Part shown: piece by piece, positions 12,460 to 24,357 of the stretch
How the letters are laid out: the number at the start of each line of letters is the position of its first letter
Numbering within the stretch: the stretch's first letter is position 1
NCBI GenBank assembly: GCA_030390025.1
Contig: CM059432.1
Coordinates: 105,836,001 to 105,900,000, forward strand
DNA from: Squalus acanthias
Lineage: Eukaryota
Reading direction: 5' to 3'
DNA length: 64,000 nucleotides
Translations under genes and position numbers: made by a program
Notes under the pieces: model-generated
The model's input: only the letters and a program-made list of their open reading frames with translations
What the model was told of the DNA's origin: nothing
The model's database searches: none

Positions 12460-13246
12460 AGGGGAATTTTCCCAGCCCTGGGGAGGCGGGTATGGAGGCG
12501 GGACTGCCGGGAAAATGGCAGAAACTGGGAGCGGGTACCGACCCCGCTCCCAACCCACCTCCGTGCCATCTTCCCGGGAGGCGGGTCCCCGAGTCGCGCA
12601 GGTAATTAACAGCCAGTTTTGAGGCTTTTCCCCATTTTACGCCTGCAATTGCGGGTTTCCCGACGGCTGCGAACCTCGCCAGAGTCAGCGAAGCGAGCAG
12701 TGGGTCTGCGGGGGTGAGAGGGGTCGAAATGTCAGCTGTAGAGGTGAGTGATGGGTGCAAGTGTGGACAGGTAAGTATGAGAGGGGAGTGTAAAGTGTTG
12801 GAAAAAGTTTCCTTACCTCTGCTTCTTCCTGCAGGCTTCAACCTTTGGGGATCCGGAGGTGCCTCATCTCAATGGCAGAGATGACAGAATGGCTGCTGCA
12901 TTCTCAGATGCAGCAGCCATCTGCTTTCTGCTGAGGAAAGAGGTCTTGGTGAGTCTGTGTGCAAGGGCTCACCTTAGAACAGAGATTGTCAGTGTTTGAC
13001 AGCTTCTCCAAGCTGTCAAACGCTGACAATTCATCTGTCAAACATTTTTCGACAGATGAAGCGTCATACGCTGATGTCATCTGTCACCGGCTTTCCCTTA
13101 ATTGGCCAGTAAGCCCACAGAGCGGGCTTAACAAGGCCAATCAAGGGAAAATAACGTGGGTTGGTCAGACGTCACTGGGGGCGGGACTGAAACCCGGAAA
13201 GCAGAATTCCTACCTCCAGCACGTCTCCATTGAGAAAATCCAGCCC
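12460..13246. mobile_element. GC-rich Harbinger-type MITE(s)
   Basis: Begins ggggaattttccc and ends gaaaatccagccc, like the 1722-2372 terminus; CpG-rich subterminal regions. Confidence 0.5.
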
Positions 13247-13535
13247 GTGTGTGGGAGTGACCAAAAGAAAATATTCTCATTGTCATACTTATTTTTATTG
13301 CCAGTAGAACCCCAAATGTGAGATTATATTCATTACAATTACATTTACATCAGTCTTTATTACATTCTTGTAGTTTATTTAAAGATGATACAGTTTCATT
13401 GATAAATGAAATGCAGAAATACCAATCATCCATTCAACAAATCATGGCTAAATACATTGGGAGAGATTTATTCTTTTCACTAAATCATAAACATAAGTGT
13501 AGAATTCGCAATATTATCGCGATTTTATAAATAAG

Positions 13536-15161
13536 GAGGAGACACATAGTTTCGTACAAACAGCTTTATTTCAGCAGAATGCTGTCAGGTTTTCAAAGTG
13601 GACACAAGCAGCCTGTAAAATGGCCGCCACGCCTCGTGGCAGAACATTCTAGACTTTTCGATAAGCAGACAAGATGGCGTTCCAATAAACATTTGTGCGA
13701 GATCGGACAAGACTCAGCACATTTGCGATAAATCACAAGACATAATGGGTTTGCATTTTACACATAAATACTGGAATCGGTCTCCCAGGTGCGAATAAGG
13801 GCTATTGTACCAAGCGATCAAGAACCCATCCAAAGACATTAATATGCAAAATCCCCACGACTCTACGATGAGAGAGCCGTTTGCGGGTAGTTACAGAAAC
13901 ATTTGGAAGCCCCAAAAGCCCTCCAGGGAGAATACTGACCGGTTACACAATGAGAGAAGTATTAACGGGTACTCAGGCAGTTACAAGTATCACCGAAACC
14001 CATTAAACGGAGATCACCCTATACAAGAAGTTTGAGCGCCAAAACCCTAACAAAAGAAAAGACATTAAGATTGGGCGGGAAAAGAGGAATTGCAGCACTA
14101 TAACTGTAAAGGTACAACCGTCCATCTTTCTCTTTCTTCGCCTGCGACTCTGACTCTTGCATCTGCCTCTTGCTGCTCGACTTGCTGAAGACTATTGAAC
14201 TTTCTGATCCGCCAGGATCAACCTCGTGGCTTGCCGCGAAGATCTGTGTGGAACCGGGCTGTGAAGCCTTGAAACGGGCACACCATCCCGAGAAGTCGGT
14301 AAACGGTGTTGGAACCGAAGGCCCGAGATGAGATGAGATGAGAAGAGAAGAAGACGACCATACGTATCGCCACGGTCAGTAAGCCCCGACCGCGCCTGTA
14401 GGTCGAATAAACATTTTCCTTGCCCAGGAAGACTATTCTTTGAGTTTTACAGAACTGGCATCGGAAGACCATTCTTCGAATTTTATCGCATCGGTCTGAG
14501 GGCACAGGAAGACTCTTCTTTGAGTAGTGTCGGAACTCCGAGGACAACACAGATCTTCATGACAGCAGACGGTCCAGCCTGCTAGCCGGAGCAGAAACGA
14601 GTAAACAAGTGGGGTACAGAGACCCCTGATCAACACGTGGGTGGTCAGGCGCTGCGGTAAAAACATCCGAGCAGAGTTTTCGGAATTTCTCCGAGTTATC
14701 ACGAGTGGTGAGCATGAGTCTCGATCCTACAAATCTAGTTTAGGTCAGGTATTGATAGGGGAGGGTTTTAAGTTTTAAGGATAATTGTAATGTGTGCCCC
14801 CTTTTACGATGTGTCGTGCGCTCCTCGTTTCCCTAAAATTAGTTACATAACTGCGTGTAAGATTGTACTGTCATTAATCTGTGCTTATGACATGTATTTC
14901 GTAATCTTGAATAATATGCAATAAAGATTTTCCATTTCGCACTATTCAACCGGGTCTACCTGAGTTTTCTCTGCATTATTGCTCTCGCATCTAAGTCCAG
15001 TGTCAGAACCGTAAGGGCGAGTGGGTCGAACCACTCACAGGTGTCTAGTGCTATCAGGCTGGCTGGAGACCAGAACAGGCAACAAGGCCTAACCTCGCAC
15101 TAGCACCCAGGCTACGCACAGAGCCTCAGGCGTGTCACACACACGACGCAAAACCCTTACA
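13536..15161 (+). mobile_element. Probable long solo LTR (about 1.6 kb)
   Basis: CpG-rich block in AT-rich DNA, flanked by taag (13532-13535, 15162-15165) and ending ...cccttaCA. It has a TATA-like ctataa at about 14098, then a pyrimidine-rich R-like tract, then aataaa at about 14920. The canonical 5' TG is missing. Confidence 0.55.
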
Positions 15162-16279
15162 TAAGTATGAAGAATGTGTTTATACTTTTTCTACATGGAG
15201 CAAATACATCCACTGTGGGTGTATTGGTTTACCAGTGTCTTCAAATCTTTACAAAATGGAAACAACACTTTAATTATCAACAACTGCTAAAATTAATTTA
15301 TGGTTTTATAAAGAACTGGAACATGTTAATAGGAGAGATAGAATTGTATACTACATAAAGATAGAACTGCATTTATATAGCGCCTCTCGTTCTCAGGACT
15401 GTCCCAAAGCACCTCCCAATGAATGAATTCCATTTTTTGAAATGTAATCATTGTTGTTTTGTAGGCAAATGAAACAACAACAGAAATCATTTCCATGTAT
15501 CAAATATCCTTCACGTGATATGATATATCTAACAACCATTAACAGTTATGAATAAATGTTATTTTCTAATTTTAGTTGTAGAACAAATATTTTATTAAAA
15601 ATGTATTCTTTTATATTGTCATTATTATAGTTATATTAAGCTATTAATTTGTACAGTTGGAATGTTATAGTTTTGTTCAACATTAAGTACTAGTTAATGG
15701 CTATAAGAAGCATTTATTTCACACTTCATCACATCTTTCAAAACACTTCACAAACAACAAATTGCTTTGAAATGCAGTATTTGTTATGTAGGCAAATGTA
15801 ACAGGGAGAATATGGGCATGGGCACCGGGGAAAAAATGCCCTGTTCATCTTTAAATAATCTTTTGGATTGTTGACATCATCTGAAGGATGTAATCTCTGA
15901 CCATGCATCACACTGTCTGGTGTGGGATTTGAGACGACAGTGATACCACCTGAAGTAAGCTGACAGTAGCCATAGGTGCGTGCCCATGATTCCCTGTATG
16001 TTCATTTTCCATCTCCTACTGGTGGGTAATCAAACTACAAGGAATCACGGAGAGAGAGGAAGAGAAAGCTAGAGGTTAAATCAAAACCTTAGCAGCCACC
16101 TCAAGTGCAGTAGCAGAGGCCTGGCAGTGGTAACTGTCCAGTTTATCAGTTAGGGAATGGTACGAACTAAAAGAACAGGGAGAAATGTAACTTCACAAAA
16201 ATTTGACCCACAAAGGAAAATAAATAAATCTCATAATTGTATTTCTACAATATAATGAATGACTCTTTCTTGGAACAAT

Positions 16280-16570
16280 TCAACAGCTCTGTTGATAGGA
16301 TCATGTGGAATATAAAAAAGTGCTAGTGATCTGGAAGAAAGACTCAACATTGCATAAAAAAGACTTAGCTCCTTGAACGTAGACCCAATATATCAGAGCA
16401 AGAGAGGATAAAGTGTAGGAAAAATGTTAACATTCCAAAGATAAGCTGGGTGATATGGAGGAAAGAATCTACAGGAAGAATATACATCAGAGTGCCATGC
16501 CAGAAGGTAAAGAGAGCAAAAATATGGTTGAACTAACATGATTTGATCCCAGAGTTTTTTAATTTGGCAA
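16280..16570 (+). pseudogene. Possible decayed L1/Tx1 ORF1 fragment
   Basis: KDKLGDMEERIYRKNIHQSAMPEGKE resembles the L1 ORF1 motif LEDRSRRNNIRIxGLPEG; stop codons are present. Confidence 0.35.
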
Positions 16571-16713
16571 ATCACAGTGGCACATCCATAATAGGTTATA
16601 GTCCAACAGTTTTATTTGAAATCACAAGCTTTCGGAGCTATCGATTGCTCCTTCCTCAGGTGAAGTAAATTAGATACAGAATCGCCAAAGCATATATAGA
16701 TAGAGAACAAAGC

Positions 16714-17715
16714 ATGTGTACCTTACAATTGCAGACCTCCTCAGAATCGGTCTCATTCCTGGACACACGAATCTCCATCAAAGACGGACACCTCAGCACT
16801 TCACTCTACCGCAAGCCCATGGACAACCTCACGATGCTCCACTTCTCCAGCTTCCACCCTAACCATGTTAAAGAAGCCATCCCCTATGGACAAGCCCTGC
16901 GAATACACAGGATCTGCTCAGACGAGGAGGAACGCGATGGACACCTACGGACGCTGAAAAACGCCCTCGTAAGAACGGGATATGACGCTCGACTCATCGA
17001 TCGACAGTTCCGACGGGCCACAGCGAAAAATCGCATAGACCTCCTCAGAAGGCAAACACGGGACACAACCAACAGGGTACCCTACGTCGTCCAGTACTTC
17101 CCCGGAGCGGAGAAACTACGCCATGTTCTTCGCAGCCTTCAACATGTCATCGATGACGACAAACACCTCGCTAAGGCCATCCCCACGTCTCCACTACTTG
17201 CCTTCAAACAGCCGCCTAACCTCAGAAGTACCATCGTTCGCAGCAAATTATCCAGCTTTCAGGATAACAGCGACCACGACACCACACAACCCTGCCATGG
17301 CAAACTCTGCAAGACATGCCAGATCATCAACACAGATACCACCATCACACGTGAGGACACTACCCACCAGGTACATGGTACATACTCATGTGACTCGGCC
17401 AACGTTGTCTACCTCATACGTTGCAGGAAAGAATGCACCGCGGCATGGTACATCGGCGAGACCATGCAGACACTGAGACAACGTATGAACGAGCACCGCG
17501 CAACAATCGCCAGGCAGGATTGTTACCTCCCAGTCGGGGAACACTTCAGCAGTCAAGGACATTCAGCCTCGGATCTGCGGGTAAGCGTTCTCCAAGGCAA
17601 CCTTAGAAACACACGACAATGCAAAATCATCGAGCAGAAACTGATAGCCAAGTTCCGCACTCATGAAGACGGTCTCAACCGGGATCTTGGGTTTATGCAA
17701 CGATACATGACGTGA
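16714..17715 (+). CDS. Penelope polyprotein C-terminus: RT thumb plus GIY-YIG endonuclease (5'-truncated)
   Basis: 333-aa ORF with FLDTRI, LYRKP, SFHP, CxxCxxC, NVVYLIRC...YIGET, RMNEH, VGEHF and GLNRD. Confidence 0.9.
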   Translation: MCTLQLQTSSESVSFLDTRISIKDGHLSTSLYRKPMDNLTMLHFSSFHPNHVKEAIPYGQALRIHRICSDEEERDGHLRTLKNALVRTGYDARLIDRQFRRATAKNRIDLLRRQTRDTTNRVPYVVQYFPGAEKLRHVLRSLQHVIDDDKHLAKAIPTSPLLAFKQPPNLRSTIVRSKLSSFQDNSDHDTTQPCHGKLCKTCQIINTDTTITREDTTHQVHGTYSCDSANVVYLIRCRKECTAAWYIGETMQTLRQRMNEHRATIARQDCYLPVGEHFSSQGHSASDLRVSVLQGNLRNTRQCKIIEQKLIAKFRTHEDGLNRDLGFMQRYMT

Positions 17716-18045
17716 TCCGGACTCGAGTCGTCGTTGGCTTGTTCACAGATGTGATTCCCAGTAAAAAAGTAAAAATTTTCCCAGTAAAAAAGTAAAAATT
17801 TTAAAGCTTTTCGTTTTACATACAGATGGCAGCTTTTGACATGTTAGAACCCCTGCGACTACACCTCATTGTCTCAGTTGTATCTTGCTATGTCTTTGAT
17901 GTGGTACCTTCCTGGCTGACTTGATTAACTTTATCACACCTCGGCAGATAGTCAGGATGATTTAATTTAGTGGTCTGCAATTGTAAGGTACACATGCTTT
18001 GTTCTCTATCTATATATGCTTTGGCGATTCTGTATCTAATTTACT

Positions 18046-18087
18046 TCACCTGAGGAAGGAGCAATCGATAGCTCCGAAAGCTTGTGA
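18046..18087 (+). ncRNA. Minimal type-I hammerhead ribozyme in Penelope pseudo-LTR (antisense copy at about 16622-16663)
   Basis: tcac-CTGAGGA-a-ggagc(aatcgata)gctcc-GAAA-gc-tt-gtga: core boxes, stem II, stem I and a palindromic AGCT stem III. Confidence 0.8.
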
Positions 18088-19649
18088 TTTCAAATAAAAC
18101 TGTTGGACTATAACCTGGTGTTGTGCGACCTCTCAATTTTGTCCACCCCAGTCCAACACCGGCATCTCCGCATCACATCCATAATAGACAGCACTGCATT
18201 CATTATTAATATTGAATGGTACAATTTCAATCCACATTTGTTTAGAGTTTGTTCAAAAACCTGAAGGTTGCTTTGTACATGATTTCTGCTCCATATTCTC
18301 AACAGTACAGTTAAAATTCATCTTTACTGTAAAGTAGTGTGTCCAGGCTAAGCGATTAATCAGCTATCATGCCTGGCATGCTACAGTAGCAGTATTCATA
18401 GATCACAGGAGGAATTTATTTTGAAGATCCTCCAGTATGAAGTGTAGTGACTGAAGATTCATAGGATGGCTCATTGGAGATTGGTGAGATCTAGGTTTCA
18501 TAGGTGCATCTAACTCTCACCACTGTAAGTACAGGTGAGTTATAGGGCTTTTTGTACAAATCCCCATTTTCTGTTCCCAGATGAGATAAGGCTAAAATTA
18601 TGAATGATATTTATTTTAAACAGGTTAATGACGCCATTAATTAATGGAGAGAGGACTGTTACATGAACACGCTAAGTATCCATCTGCTGTTATCACCAGC
18701 AGTATTTTCTAGCCTTAGCTTTCTTTTCAATGTTGATTAATAATATAATATTCAGGTTAAACACTAAAAATATTACAATATAGATCGATGTGACCCTGTT
18801 CATATGTGTTTGTTTCACTCACCAGCTCCAGTAGGTGGTGCATGTGTAACAATAGTTTGGTGTCACCACTGTGTAGTAACACTTCATTCATTCACTTACG
18901 TTAAATATCACATGTGCCAACAGTGAACGTATGTAAAATCAGCACTGCAATAAATGTCTTTACACTTCAGGTGTCTAATAATCTTGGCCAGAAATATAGA
19001 TTATTATTAACAATATAGCCTGTGGGAATTTATATTTTGAATGTGTTAAAAAGGTAATATGCCTCACTGTATTTACAAATAATAAGATGGTATCAATCTC
19101 GTGAATTGAAATTTCCCTGAAGTGTGAGAAAAATATGGCGAGATACTTCTCTCTCTATGATTGCTGTAAATATGTGGTTGTTCAGTTTTTTTATGATGGT
19201 AAAGGAAGAACTTATAGTTATATAGCACCCTTCGCAAACTTAGCCAAAGTCTCCTGTTTGGAAGTTTAAGTACCAAGATGGCATTTCTTTTCATACAGTA
19301 AAAGTCCGTTTAAAAACATAATCTAATTTTGAGAAGTTATGGAGCTAAATATTAACGTTACCTCCATAGTTTACTTACAAAAGAAGAAATATTGAAACAT
19401 TAGAAGGTGAGGTGAGAGTGACTGCCCTTGACATCAAGGTAGCATTTGACCGAGTGTGGCATCAAAGAGCCCTAGTAAAACTGAAGTCAGTGGGAATCGG
19501 GAGGAAACTCTCCCCTGGCTGGAGTCATATCTAGCACAAAGGAAGATGGTTGTGGTTGTTGGAGGCCAATCATCTCAGCCCCAAGACATCGCTGCAGGAG
19601 TTCCTCAGGGCAGTGTCCTTGGCCCAACCATCTTCAGTTGCTTCATCAA

Positions 19650-20192
19650 TGAAAGGGTTAATTTGGAATGGTCAAATTCAATTTCTACACAATTTGCAAT
19701 AAAACCATGAGCAGTGAAGGTTTTGCAAATTGAGACAAGGAATAGATAAGCTTACAGCTGCCAGACAGATTTTTGAGGGAGGGTTCAGTGTTTAATAAAC
19801 GGTATTGAAAGAGGCCTTTTACAGAGTTAGCTAGAGACCGTAGGCACGGTGCCAATCACAGATAACATACAGTAGTAAACCGTGGGATTAGACTATGCTC
19901 AAAAAGGTGCAACAAGATGTAACTGCTTTTATGATTATTGCCAAATAAATATAGATAAAGGCAAAATATAATCAGGTGATTAATGTAATACCATATAATT
20001 GGACGAAAATCGATGTATGATGGCATGTAGCCAGAAATATTGAATATAAGCTGTACTGAACAAAGGTTAAATGAGAAGGATGTTACAAAGGTCACGGGAC
20101 CTTTTTGACTCCGGCTCCCAAAGTACTTTGTCAATAAACTGTGTGTTTTTGAACTTCATCTAGGCTCTGAGAATCTTATTTTCTCCCCAACA
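19650..20192 (+). repeat. 5' LTR
   Basis: TG...CA ends (tgaaaggg...ccccaaca); aatataag TATA-like box and aataaa. Confidence 0.95.
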
Positions 20193-20195
20193 ATT

Positions 20196-20211
20196 TGGCG
20201 CTGCGAGCAGG
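20196..20211 (+). promoter_or_regulatory. Primer-binding site, tRNA-Ser-like
   Basis: tggcgctgcgagcagg lies 3 nt after the LTR. It is one mismatch from the complement of vertebrate tRNA-Ser(CGA/TGA) 3' ends as I recall them. Confidence 0.75.
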
Positions 20212-20914
20212 CTGCTGCGAGGTTGACAGACCATTTGTACCAGTGAACTCGGACGAGCAGTCAAAATTTTGACCGTCCAACAATTGTGTCATCTGGGAAC
20301 ACGGAATAACAGCATCGTAGCACTCCGAATGAGAAAGAGTTGTGAGAAGTGAGAAAACACACACAGTGAGTAGATGTGAGAAAGAGAGAGAGAGAGAGAG
20401 AGAGAGTGAGTAAATGGTGACTGTGGATGTTGAATAAGGCACACTCAGCCTGAGCTGGTTGTTAAGAGGGCAAATGCCCCACGCGAAGGCCAGGATTAAC
20501 TGAGTGTGTGGATTGAATGAAAGTAAGAGTACATAATTTGAGGACATTTGAATGATATAAAGTAATTAAGGCAGAACTGTTGTAGCGATATATGTCGAGA
20601 AGGGTAAGACCTGATTAAGCCCAGCGGACAAGGGGAGTGCCTGTCTCATACGCCTAGCCTCAGGCCGGTTATTAAGAGGGCAAATGCCCCACGTGAAGGC
20701 CAGGACCATAAAGTAGGCGTAGAGGCTCCAAAGCACTCCGGGAGGCAAAGTCAGAGGTGTGATTGAGTAACCGAAGTGTCACGAACTTTTTATTCGAAGG
20801 AAAATCTGTCGCCTAGCGAGACACAACAGAAGTAGGGTAAGATTGTAGTCAGACTAGGTTTCCTAGACCAGCCCGATTAGAGGAACGCAGTAGAGGACTG
20901 ACGTCGGACTATAG

Positions 20915-21240
20915 ATGGCATCGGGGAAAGGACTAGACTGGGGGCCAGAAGGGTCCCTTACTAGGTTCTATGCAGATGACCGGAAGGGTATGGTGGAAAA
21001 GATGATCAAGGACGGATGGGATCCGTTCCAGTCACCTGCCACTCAGAGGGAGTGGTGGATGAGACAGAAACAGAAAAGGATTAAGAAAGCAGGAGTGATC
21101 TTAGTACACCAACTGGTCATAGTGACCAGGAAGGTACGAGATCTACATGTGGGTTTGATGAGACACAACGAGAAAATCTTAGAGCTACAACAGGAGAATG
21201 AATACTTAAGAACAGGACAGAAGTTAAAGGAAAAACTGTT
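20915..21240 (+). pseudogene. gag: Probable gag N-terminal fragment (basic region plus coiled coil)
   Basis: First ATG ORF after the leader (MASGKGLDWGPEGS...ILELQQENEYLR); it runs into AT-rich non-coding sequence. The assignment is mainly positional. Confidence 0.55.
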
Positions 21241-21548
21241 TAACCCTTTGAAAACTTGTTTTGTTGTTTTGAGTTTGTTAATTGTTTTACAAAAAATAAG
21301 CTTCAGCCTTGAAGTCACAGTTGCCAATGTGCCTGAAAAAAAAATGAATTTGAATGTCTACAAGGAATGGGTAATTGTTTCTTTGTTAATGTGGCTATGG
21401 TTTCTTTCTTTATCTTTGATACTGGTTAGTTTAAAAGAAAATTTTGATCTAGATTGAATTGGAGTTATTGAGGTTAATTAACCTATTAAAACCAGACTTT
21501 TATTGTGCACGGTGAAATTCTGGTTGGTGTAAATTTGTGTAGACCACA

Positions 21549-21790
21549 TTGAATAAGATATTTAATGGTCTGAAACCAGACTTTAAAATATTTACAGTCT
21601 TGGATACAGAACGGGTTCTGGTCCATACCATTAAAGAGGAATCACAAGGGAAATTCGCTTTTACTGTCAGGGATAGACAGGAGTTTTATATCAGACTTTG
21701 CAGGGAAAGCAGAGCCGATTCAACAGTTAGTTAAAGAGGGATCCAGTAGCGAAGGCAATGCCACGATGTGTGGCTGCAATAAATTGTGCC
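21549..21790 (+). pseudogene. pol: Condensed pol micro-fragments (RT motif A region, thumb, connection)
   Basis: FTVLD / NGFWSIPL (21610-21633) / EESQGKFAFTV; FISDFAGKAEPIQQLVK (21685-21735); DPVAKAMPRCVAA (from 21740). The pieces lie in shifting frames. Confidence 0.75.
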
Positions 21791-22538
21791 CCAAGAATTA
21801 GAGAGAAAAAAAACTTTGAACTACAATTTAAGTCAAGCTGGTGTGTAAAACTGAGAAGAACAACAAAGGTTTGTTTAACAAAGATTAAGTTTCGGTCTAA
21901 GATTTAACCTTGGAGTCGCGGTTGCTATGGTGAAATCTTCCAAAGCTGTTTGATTTGATTTGCTTAAATGTGAAAACTAATTTTTCTCCAGTTATATTCA
22001 ATGTTTTTACAGTATTTTGGAAAGGCATCTGAAGAAAGGACAATAAGAAATATGATGTAATTTATGGTTTTCTACAAGCATGTACTGGTTTGGTTTATTT
22101 TTTCTGTTCGTGTTCAGTTACGTGAAATGACGCAATTGCGTGCGTCTGACAATGTTTCGCTCCGCCTTCATAAAAAAAAACCCTGCAAAAGAGTTAACCC
22201 TTTCCACTGACAGCTGTTTAAGTTATAGAAATGAAATTGAACATTGACAAAACCTGTCAGTTCAACAGCACTGCTGTTTGGATTTCGGGATAATTTTGAA
22301 ATGACAAAATGAACTCAGGCACTATATATTGGGTTACTTTTGGAAAAATAAAAGATCCTCTAAAATAATGATAAATAAAAAGTATTAATAACTTGGACCA
22401 AGTGAGAATGTTTGATCTATGTTTTCAATCTTAAATATTGTACTGGACAGTAAAGTTCCTCCAGGGCTCATGAATGAGATATGAATGGTAATTAATAGGA
22501 TGTGTAAAATGGAGAAAGGAAGTGATTGAGGGTAAGAT

Positions 22539-22980
22539 TAAGGGCAACACGGTGGCATAGTGGTTAGCACTGGTGCCTCACAGCGCCAGGGACCCGGGTT
22601 CGAATCTGACCTCGGGTGACTGTCTGTGTGGAGTTTGCACATTCTCCCCATGTCTGCGTGGGTTTCCTCCGGGTGCTCCGGTTTCCTCCCACAGTCCAAA
22701 AATGTGCGGGTTAGGTTGATTTGACTATGATAAATTGACCCTTAGTGTTAGGGGGGTATTAAATATGTGGGGTTATGGGGATAGGATGGGATATGTTAGG
22801 GGGAATTAAATACGTGGGGTTACGGGGGTAGGGTGGGATATGTGTACTGTGGGTATTAAAGAAGGGACAGGGTACTGGATTTGGATGATCAGCCATGATC
22901 GTATTGAATGGTGGAGCAGGCTCGACGGGCCGAATGGCCTACTCCTGCTCCTAGATTCTATGTTTCTATGTTTCTATGTT
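22539..22980 (+). mobile_element. HE1-type V-SINE (tRNA-derived head, V domain, CR1-derived tail)
   Basis: A and B boxes tggcatagtgg / ggttcgaatc; V-domain gtgggtttcctccgggtgctccggtttcctccca; (ttctatgt)n tail; TSD taagat (22533-22538, 22981-22986). Confidence 0.9.
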
Positions 22981-23899
22981 TAAGATAGAAACAGGAGAAT
23001 TACACCACCAATTGAGAATTTTCCAAACTTTCTGGTGAAAGTCAGGAAAGTGTAGTTAAGAATAGTAAATTGATAGCTTTCTCTTGGAGACATTTGTGTC
23101 CCTGCCTATAATGAACTTTTTAAGGAAACTGAATTTGATTGCCTGGCCACTACCCAAGACATCGGGACCATGCAGAGGAAGATGAACAAAGACCTCCAGA
23201 CAATCTTTTGATAAGATACCTGAAAGCCCGAGAAAGGCACATGTGGCATGATGGAGATACCGATATGAGTGTGCAAATGTGATTTGTTACATGTGAGGCA
23301 GTTGCCATCCAGGAATGTATGTTGAATCTGCACTGAAGAACGGGTCTCAGACATGCTCAGTTACTTGATAACAGCAAAACATGAAATGGTTAATGTGGTT
23401 CAGGAGAGCGAGACAACTTTTAAAGCATTGACACATACTCCGTCGAGAAACTATCTAATTAATGAAACAATCAGAATAGAGTTAAATACACTGGTACCTG
23501 TTAGAGGGATTGAAATTGTAGTTGAAGTGGAGAGTTACATGGAATCTGGATTGGGACAATTGAGGGCTAAGGAGAAATCATGTTTAGTAAGAATTATCCA
23601 CAAGATGGATATGAGTAAAAGAGAGATCTGGAGAATCTTTTAAGTCCATGATTTGTTGACTAGATGTTAAACTGTAATGTCACTTGAAATGATTGTAAGA
23701 CTGAATTTAACTGTGACTAATAATTGTGTTTTGTAGGTAACAGAGCGTGGGAAAAACCAGTGCGAATCCAGTATGAGATGGTTTTGGTGGTGCCTCCTGT
23801 GTCACCACTACCACAATTACCATGCTTATGGGTCTAACAGGACCTGGCCCATCAACCAACACGTTTTTAAGTATGAGCTACACAATTATGTGGCACAAT

Positions 23900-24197
23900 T
23901 CGGATCTACATTCCCCTGTTGTCTGAGGGTTTCAGTGAGCTTGTGATGCGACTGAACTCCTCCCTAAAGCATTTTTATGTTGTGGAGCAAGACAATTCGA
24001 GAATAGATATTGAAATTGACAGCATAGGGGACAACTCACACTGGTGGGATATTGGGCGTAATACATCAGCACACCCTTAGATTTGTATTATTTCACACGC
24101 TCTGGTAGTTCTCCAACTTGTAATGATAGTGTATTTGATATATGTAACCTATGTAGTAAGATACATAAGCCAATTGGGTACTCATGCCTATGACTAA
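23900..24197 (+). pseudogene. Envelope/fusion-protein-like C-terminus (heptad, WWD, transmembrane helix)
   Basis: IPLLSEGFSELVMRLNSSLKHFYVVEQDNSRIDIEIDSIGDNSHWWDIGRNTSAHP*ICIISHALVVLQLVMIVYLIYVTYVVRY..., with one internal TAG at 24078. Confidence 0.55.
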
Positions 24198-24357
24198 CCA
24201 GCACCAACAAATTAATTGAGCACACCGAAAGAGAAGATCCAAAGCAATGTAGAGGAGACCCCAGGCGGGGTAACATCAGGAAAGATAGAAGAAACAGAGG
24301 ATACCCCAGGCGGGGCAGAATTGGAACACCGGAACAATGAATTGAATTTGAATAAGG

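Larger units (their letters stand above)
16595..18173 (+). mobile_element. 5'-truncated Penelope-like element with inverted 5' pseudo-LTR
   Basis: 14-bp TSD cacatccataatag (16581-16594, 18174-18187); 16595-16737 is the reverse complement of about 17972-18115. Confidence 0.92.

Noticed and set aside
19856..20134. 92-aa antisense ORF present twice (also 26006-26284)
   Set aside because: It is duplicated only because it lies in the LTRs; no recognisable domain.
20462..20495. Hammerhead ribozyme in the ERV leader
   Set aside because: It lacks the CUGANGA and GAAA core; kept only as a structured repeat.
22543..22615. tRNA-like sequence
   Set aside because: It is the head of a V-SINE with body, tail and TSD, not a tRNA gene.
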